A stretch of 64,000 nt of DNA. Origin: Octopus vulgaris. Taxonomy: Eukaryota. Shown here in pieces: positions 55,677 through 64,000 of this stretch. Location: positions 21,514,001 to 21,578,000 of the forward strand of contig OX597816.1 in NCBI GenBank assembly GCA_951406725.2, given 5' to 3'. Positions within the stretch are counted from its first letter, which is position 1; every line of letters begins with the position of its first letter. The notes beneath the pieces are model-generated. The model was not told the DNA's origin, ran no database searches, and saw nothing but the letters and a program-made list of their open reading frames with translations. Both the position numbers and the translations under genes were made by a program.

Positions 55677-56431
55677 AACACACATATATACAATCACAAA
55701 TGAACATAGAAACACGTATGTGTTTGCGTATTTGTTAGAAAATGCACAAATATAAATTGAAAGAAGAGGATTTATTTCACTTGGCTGATAAATGGTATTT
55801 CATTTTCTTTGAACTGAAGCCAAACCAAATATTCTGATTATTTTCAATGAAGTCGAAACGAGCTTAAGAAATACACCCCGTTTGAATGGTATCAATTGCT
55901 CATCTTAGAATCATATTTAAACATTATCGAAAATGTCAGTGTTATTTCTTCAGAAAAATTCCATAAACCAATTTTTTAAAATCATTATGTATGTGTTCAT
56001 TTTGTATTTAGTCAATTCCTTTCTTTTTAGATTACTTTTACTACTGGTTTTTGTTTTGGTATTTTTCATGAATGTTTGACAGTTTTCGTGGAGGGTATGT
56101 GTGCAGAGGGTATGGGTAGTAAAATATTTGTAATTATAAGATTTCTTCAAGTCTAACTTTGTTAAAACTTTCTAAGAGTATAAAATGTAAATGTTACTTA
56201 CAATATCTTTATAAATACTTCTCGTTAAACACACTATTCGGTATACGCACTACTCGTTATACATATTTATTGTTCAGTTTACGAACTAAATCATTCTCTT
56301 CAATTCATTTTGAGATCTCTTTTATACGTGTCAGGCATTGGACTGGTGTCATGCTGGAGCACTTCATTGAAAGATTTAGACGAGCAAATGGCCGTTAGTA
56401 ATTATGCTTTCCTTTTGTTTTGTATCTAGCA

Positions 56432-56992
56432 TTGGGTTGTCGGGAAAGTTCGTGTCGATTTTTAAAAGAAAGAAAAAGGTCAATAAATACTTGCTATTAC
56501 ATTTGTAATCAACCAATTATGAACCATTTTGTTGCACAATGCGTCTCCATCTTTCCTTTAACTTGAAAATAACCTCTTCCAAGAATTGAGGTGGTTTCAT
56601 GGCAAAGAATTCATCGAGGTATCTTTTTACGTCATCCAAGGAATTGAAATTTTTACCATTAAAAATTCAGAGATCTAAATAAGGGGAAATCCGAAGGAGC
56701 AATATCTGGTGAATATGGAAGGTGAGGTAACACATCCCAGTCGAGCTGCAGCAATTTTTTTCTGGTTCCCAAAGCATCAAGTGCCGAAAATGAACTTTCT
56801 TGTCTTCCATTTTAAAGGGTTACAGAATTAACACAGGTTATAGGAACATAAACCTTCTTCAATGAAAAGATAGCTAAAACTGTGCTCTAAATGGAGGTGT
56901 AGTGAAATCCTATTGTATTGACTCAACCATGTTCTAAAATAAGTTGAAATGTAAGCTACTATAAATCAGCACAAACTTTCCGGACAACCCCA
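56432..56992 (-). mobile_element. Non-autonomous deleted mariner (same family, more diverged)
   Basis: TIRs ttgggttgtcgggaaagttcgtgtcgattt / aaatcagcacaaactttccggacaacccca; same deletion junction. Confidence 0.93.
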
Positions 56993-57237
56993 TACTTATT
57001 ATATCAGCCTCTTTTGCCGAACAGCTTGCTTACGGGGAAGTAAACAAACACCATATTCCACAGAATATTCTTTAGAGGAAAATCAAAAACTATATTATAT
57101 TTTCTAATGATATTAACCAGTGATTTAAGCGTCATTTGCGATCTAGATTATGGAGTGACAGCATAAAAATCACTCTGGTCAGCCCAGTACATATACATGC
57201 GTGTGTGTGAGTGTGTGCATGGGTGTATGTATGTATG

Positions 57238-57285
<48 letters not shown>

Positions 57286-57429
57286 CATATATGGGTACAG
57301 GACGTCACCGACTTCGTGAGCAACATGGAAAACATAAACATACGAGTTAAATACGTAAACAACGCTAGAAAAAAGGAAAACAGGACAAGTAACCGCAGAG
57401 AAAGGACCATTTCACGCATCCAATTCCAA

Positions 57430-57479
<50 letters not shown>

Positions 57480-57483
<4 letters not shown>

Positions 57484-57697
57484 TTAATCCAAACAAGAAA
57501 GCACAAAAAAACACAACAACGCGAGGTCGTGGAACACATATAGTATTATTGGACGCTCAGGAATGAAGGGAAGCAGGAGGGTTTAACGTTTCGAGCGGAG
57601 TTGTTCGTCGGAAACATAGAAGGAAAGATCCATAAAAGGGAAGAGAGAGGAAAAAAATCGCCAACAGTACACACGAGGTCTCATTTTGATACATGCA
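57480..57697 (-). mobile_element. Hammerhead-bearing short element, family 2
   Basis: Homologous to ~47467-47605; motif at 57581-57615; (TA)n on both sides. Confidence 0.65.
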
Positions 57698-57739
57698 TAT
57701 ATATATATGTATATATATATATACATATATATATGTATG

Positions 57740-57828
<89 letters not shown>

Positions 57829-58035
57829 TATGTATGTGTGTGTATGTATATAATTAAGAGACAAAACTTCTATTAATTAATTCAACTAATAGTGAAAGAT
57901 ATTATCTATCATAAATCACATAGAAAGAATTTAAATATAATAAATATTATTCTAAAATTCAATAAATTAAATAAACATTAAATCGACTACGCGCGTTTCG
58001 TCATTATATATATATATATGTGTGTGTGTGTGTAT

Positions 58036-58527
58036 TGTGTCCCTATTCAGTCATGAATGACTATGGGACTGCACCTAGAAAGTTACATTTCGAAGCACAA
58101 GTCCAGACAAATTTGTTTACGGAAGATCAGCAGTTGCCCATGCATACCAGCCTTCCCTCTCCACACAACCAATGTTATCTAAGGGAAAAGCAAAGGCCGA
58201 TACAGCTTGGCACCAGTAACGTCGCAGCTAAACTGCACCACAGACACGTGTACCCTTAACGAAGTTCTCAGGGAGATTCAGCGTAACACAGATTGTGACA
58301 AGGCTGGTACTTTGAAATACAGGTACAACAGAAAGAGGAAGAAAGAAAGAGTGAGAGGAAGTTGTGGTGAAAGAGTACAGCAGGGTCCACCACCATCCCC
58401 TGCCGGAGCCTCGTGGAGTTTTAGGTGTTTTCGCTCAATAAACACTCGCAATGCCCGGTGTGTGAATCGAAACCGCGATTCTACGACCGAGTCCGCTGCC
58501 CTAACTACTGGGCCATTGCGCCTCCAC
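58036..58527 (-). mobile_element. SINE D copy (58235-58527) adjoining a SINE C tail (58036-58230)
   Basis: Head gtggaggcgcaatggcccagtagttaggg..ggtttcgattc; tail matches 44500-44690. Confidence 0.8.
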
Positions 58528-58557
58528 ACACACACACACATACATACACACATATAC

Positions 58558-58586
<29 letters not shown>

Positions 58587-58588
<2 letters not shown>

Positions 58589-59250
58589 TTCAACAATTGA
58601 GGGTAAAATTAATTAATTATTAATCAATTTCACCAAGTGTTCAGTATGCAAAGGGACCATTTAAGGCGAATTCAAATTATTACATTATATAAAAGGGCTT
58701 AGTAAAATAAATTACTTTGCCACATACTGAACTCATTAGAAATAGTAGCTAAAAAAACTTTTTTAAAACTATTTCTAATACTTAAAGAAAATCTCTCTCA
58801 TATAGTGTTTGCTCAATTCAACTCACGAAAGTATGGGGGTAAAGACATTAAAAAATCAAATGCAAAGGTTATTTGAGAACGTACGTTTCTAGATTAGTCA
58901 ACTCGACATTTCTATCATCAGCTCAGAACTCCTTGGTTTGGATTTGAAAACACTGAAAGTGGGAGCATACCCTTTCGGCTTCTTATCGCTTCTGAAGATC
59001 TGCTCGAAACTAACAGTGCCAGCAAACTCAAAATATGCAAGCGAAGAATTTCTGCTCTCCCCTTTCCACCAGCGTGGGTTAAAATCAGTAAACACTATGC
59101 TTTTTCGGTAAAATCCGAAGAATAAATAGAGAGAGATGAATTATAATTTCAACAATTGAGGGTAAAATTAATTAATTATTAATCAATTCACCAAGTGTTC
59201 AGTATGCAAAGGGACCATTTAAGGCGAATTCAAATTATTACATTATATAA
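58587..59250. repeat. Element bounded by ~105-bp near-identical direct repeats (58587-58692 and 59146-59250)
   Basis: atttcaacaattgagggtaaaatt..ggcgaattcaaattattacattatataa occurs twice, with one 1-bp indel. Confidence 0.88.
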
Positions 59251-59321
59251 TGTCCACAACAAGCATTTTCTCTTCATATTCTAGACGTTTGAACAATTGT
59301 ATATGTTTTATAATTTTTTAT

Positions 59322-59725
59322 GGCTATTTTCTATCTAGGCACAGGGCCAGAAATTTTGGAAGAGAGAGCCAGTCGATTAGATCGACCGAAGTACTACACA
59401 ACTGGAACTTAATTTATCGACACCGAGAAGATGAAAGGCAAAGTCGATCTCGGAGGAATTTGAACTCAAATCGTCAAGACAAACGAAATACCTATTTCTT
59501 TACTACCCACAAGGAGCTAAACATAGAGGGGACAAACATAGACAGACAAATGGATTAAGTCGATTACATCTATCTCAGTGCGTAACTGGTACTTAATTTA
59601 TCGATCCCGAAAAGATGAAAGGCAAAGTCGACCTCAGCTGAATTTAAACTGACAACGTAATGGCAGCCGAAATACCGCTAAGCATTTCGCCCGACGTGCT
59701 AACGTGTCTACAAGCTCGCCGCCTT
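59322..59725 (-). mobile_element. SINE family B dimer (young tail unit plus alternative-tail unit)
   Basis: Junction at 59492/59493. Confidence 0.88.
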
Positions 59726-59817
59726 GGCCTGTCTGCAAATTATATGTCCCACAGGAACGTTCAACTTAACTCCAAATTGTTTTCTGCCTATTTATCGAAA
59801 TTATTACCCTACTCTGT

Positions 59818-59959
<142 letters not shown>

Positions 59960-60277
59960 TATATATATATATACTGTCCACAATATAAGCATTTTCTCTT
60001 TAAATTGTAGACGTTTGATTAATTGAATTATAGAAGTTATATATAAATTTAAATACTCAATGTGTTTTGCTATTTAGAGAAGCATTCTGTCAACGACTAA
60101 CTGGGAACTCAATTTGCGCTGATGGTTTCAAGTGAATATGTATCATTATGGTTTAATGCCATCATTTTATCTTGTGATAGGTGAGCTTTGCAAACCGAAA
60201 ATCTATTTTGTTATTTCCATTATACTTCACAAGAGCCAATATTTTTTCTCCTTATATACATATATATTTACGTATAA

Positions 60278-60343
<66 letters not shown>

Positions 60344-60390
60344 TTGAAAAAGTATATACAAAAGTACAAATAAACGGGAACATATACGTG

Positions 60391-60430
<40 letters not shown>

Positions 60431-60876
60431 ACTAAATATATATATATATATGTATGTATATATATATACAAACACATAGATATACATAGATAAATATTTA
60501 CACACTCACACGCACACACACATACACACTCACAAGCACACGCACATACACACACACACACACATATATATATGTCAATATGTGTTGTGTGTGTGTGTGC
60601 ATGTGTGTGTGTAATGTAGGCAATAATCAGGAATTTATTCAAAATATTCTTTCAAATCACTATTATAATGTCTATAATGCTTGAAAAATCATAACATAAG
60701 AGTAACCAAGAGTAGATAAGTAACCCCAAAACTACGTATGTATATATATATACATATATAAAGAGAGAGCGAGAGAGAGAGACAGGCAAGTAGATAGATA
60801 GATACATACACCCATCTATCCATAAATACATACATACACCCTACAATCCCACAAAACACACCCATACATATAACTT

Positions 60877-60879
<3 letters not shown>

Positions 60880-60919
<40 letters not shown>

Positions 60920-61410
60920 AATGTGTGTGCGTGTGTGTATATGTATGCATACATACACACACACATATATACACACATACACGCATAGTCACATACATAC
61001 ATACATACAAAACATACACATATATGCATACATACACACATACATGCATACATACATATATACATACATTTACACATATATACATACACACATGCACACA
61101 TTTATATACACATACATACATACAAAACGTACACACACATACATACATGCATGCATATATACATACATACAGACAGACGTGCACATATACATATACACAT
61201 AGATACATACAAATCATACATACATACATACATACGTACATACATACATACATACATATATACATACATACATACATACATACATACATTCACACATACG
61301 TACATACATACATACTTACATACATACATACGTACATACATACATACATACATACATACATACATACATACATACATACATACATAATTTCACACATACA
61401 TACATACATA
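60880..61410. repeat. (TA)n/(CATA)n microsatellite complex
   Basis: Direct reading. Confidence 0.93.
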
Positions 61411-61781
61411 TAAACGAAATTACAGTACTTTTTTCCTTCTTGAAAATTTGTCACTATAATGTAATTTCTTTTATATTTTATTTTTACGTTGGATTATTCT
61501 CCTTTTATTTATTTTAATTTTTTTTTTAGTATTCTATCTTTTTTTTTTACATATTGATTGATATCAATTCCTATTTGACCTCGACTCTCTCTCTTCATTG
61601 AAATTTTAAAGACGTCTCGTATAATTCTATGCCAATGGACATTGTGTGGTTGGAGTCTCTGCAATTTAAACATATTACGATTTACTTATTCCAATCTATG
61701 ATTTCATAACATTAAATGTTATATCATCATATGGTTTCAACATCTCTCGCGTATTCTTGCTTTTCATATTTTTATTTTGTA

Positions 61782-62179
61782 CTAGCGGTATCGCCCGGCG
61801 TTACTCGGCTTTGTAAGGGAAATAACTATAAAGCATTTTTAGAGAGTTATAGCCAAAAAATAGCAAAAAATGCATTAAAAATGGAAAAAAGAAATAATGG
61901 TAAATTTTTTTTTAAATCGTTGACTCATCGTAGACATTTTTAGAGAGTTACTTCCCTTATATAATAGCGAAAAAATGCATTAAAAGGAAAGAAAATGATG
62001 GTAAATTATTTTTAAAATCGTAGACTCATCGTAGACGCGCGCTAATACCCAGAAGGGCTCGATATGAATCACGACTATAAGATACCCGCTTTTGGTTAAA
62101 CTGCACCGCAAAATGTGGGAGTAGTTAGGAATCTAAATCGTAGGAGACAGACACACAACTTCACTTTTATATATAAAGA
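61782..62179 (-). mobile_element. Non-autonomous Helitron-like element
   Basis: Minus strand: A|TCtttatatataaaagtgaagttgt ... ccgagtaacgccgggcgataccgCTAG|T; AT target and no TSD. Confidence 0.85.
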
Positions 62180-62254
62180 TGTATTTTATCGTTATTTTTT
62201 TATTGCTATTTTTGTTTTTGTTCTTATTTATGTATAGTGTCACAAACTGCATTC

Positions 62255-62980
<726 letters not shown>

Positions 62981-63377
62981 TCACAAAAGCCTCGTGTTCC
63001 CCTCTTTAATCATTCGTAAAGGTAAAGATGTCAATAATGTTGTTTTATCCTCGTTTTTGTCTTTGCGCATGCGTGTCAGAAATCTCTGATCAATTTTCCG
63101 TACACTTCCCACTTGTTCAGCCATAAATAGCGATTTAATCTCTCACTCATCTCTTTTGCCGCTTTATTTACTTTATTATATATTTCTCACCTATTGTTTT
63201 TTTTTTCTTATCTTATAATATTTTTCTGTTTTTCTTTCTTTTCTAACATTCTGTTGGTGTGTCCCTCTTCTCGTCTCCCATACATCCATTTTTTCACAAG
63301 TTCGAATATGATTTGTCTTCAAATCAATCAGTTATTCTATATTTATATGCCATCTGTGCTATCTCCCTAGTATCTCT

Positions 63378-63464
<87 letters not shown>

Positions 63465-63481
63465 TATATGTATGTATATGT

Positions 63482-63890
63482 AGGCGCAGGTGTGGCTGTG
63501 TGGCAAGTAGCTTGCTTACAAACCACATGGTTCCGGGTTCAGTCCCACTGGATGGCAACTTGGGTAAGTGCCTTCTATTATAGCCTCGGGCCGACCAAAG
63601 CCATGTGAGTGGATTTGGTAGACGGAAACTGGAAGAAACCCGTCGTATATAAATATATATATATATGTCTTTTTATATACATATTTATACATGTATGTGT
63701 ATATGTTTGTGTGTCTGTGTTTTTCTCTCCAGCATCGCTTGACAACCGATGCTGGTGTGTTTACGTCTCCGTCACTTAGCTGTTCGACAAAAGAGACCGA
63801 CACAATAAGTCCTGGGCTCGATTTTCTCGACTAAATGCAGTGCTCCAGCATGGCCGCAGTCAAATGACTGAAAGTAGTAAACGAATAAAA
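63482..63890 (+). mobile_element. SINE family A
   Basis: Colinear with 42-454. Confidence 0.9.
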
Positions 63891-63898
63891 CAATAGAA

Positions 63899-63946
<48 letters not shown>

Positions 63947-63951
63947 GTATG

Positions 63952-64000
<49 letters not shown>

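Overview
AT-rich eukaryotic (metazoan) non-coding DNA, intronic or intergenic and dominated by repeats. The SINE families and extreme microsatellite density resemble Octopus/coleoid cephalopod genomes (inference from recall, not a search). No intact host gene can be supported; nearly all ORFs in the track are microsatellite translations or transposon relics. Contents: (1) four tRNA-derived SINE families; (2) one full-length but dead mariner (10828-12097) and four copies of a ~565-bp internally deleted mariner; (3) seven fragments of restriction-like-endonuclease (R4/Dong-type) LINEs, all on + and tied to (TAA)n; (4) CR1-like and RTE-like LINE 3' ends; (5) two non-autonomous Helitrons and several MITEs; (6) a 172-bp tandem array and a decayed 24-bp array; (7) an apparently perfect inverted repeat with 432-bp arms. 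The most notable signal is a group of ~200-bp (TA)n-associated elements carrying minimal type-I hammerhead-ribozyme-like folds (Penelope/retrozyme-like), one family having a fixed non-canonical core. The second is a SINE that repeatedly joins its own body at one exact nucleotide. Coordinates were read by eye; ends of degenerate elements are approximate.
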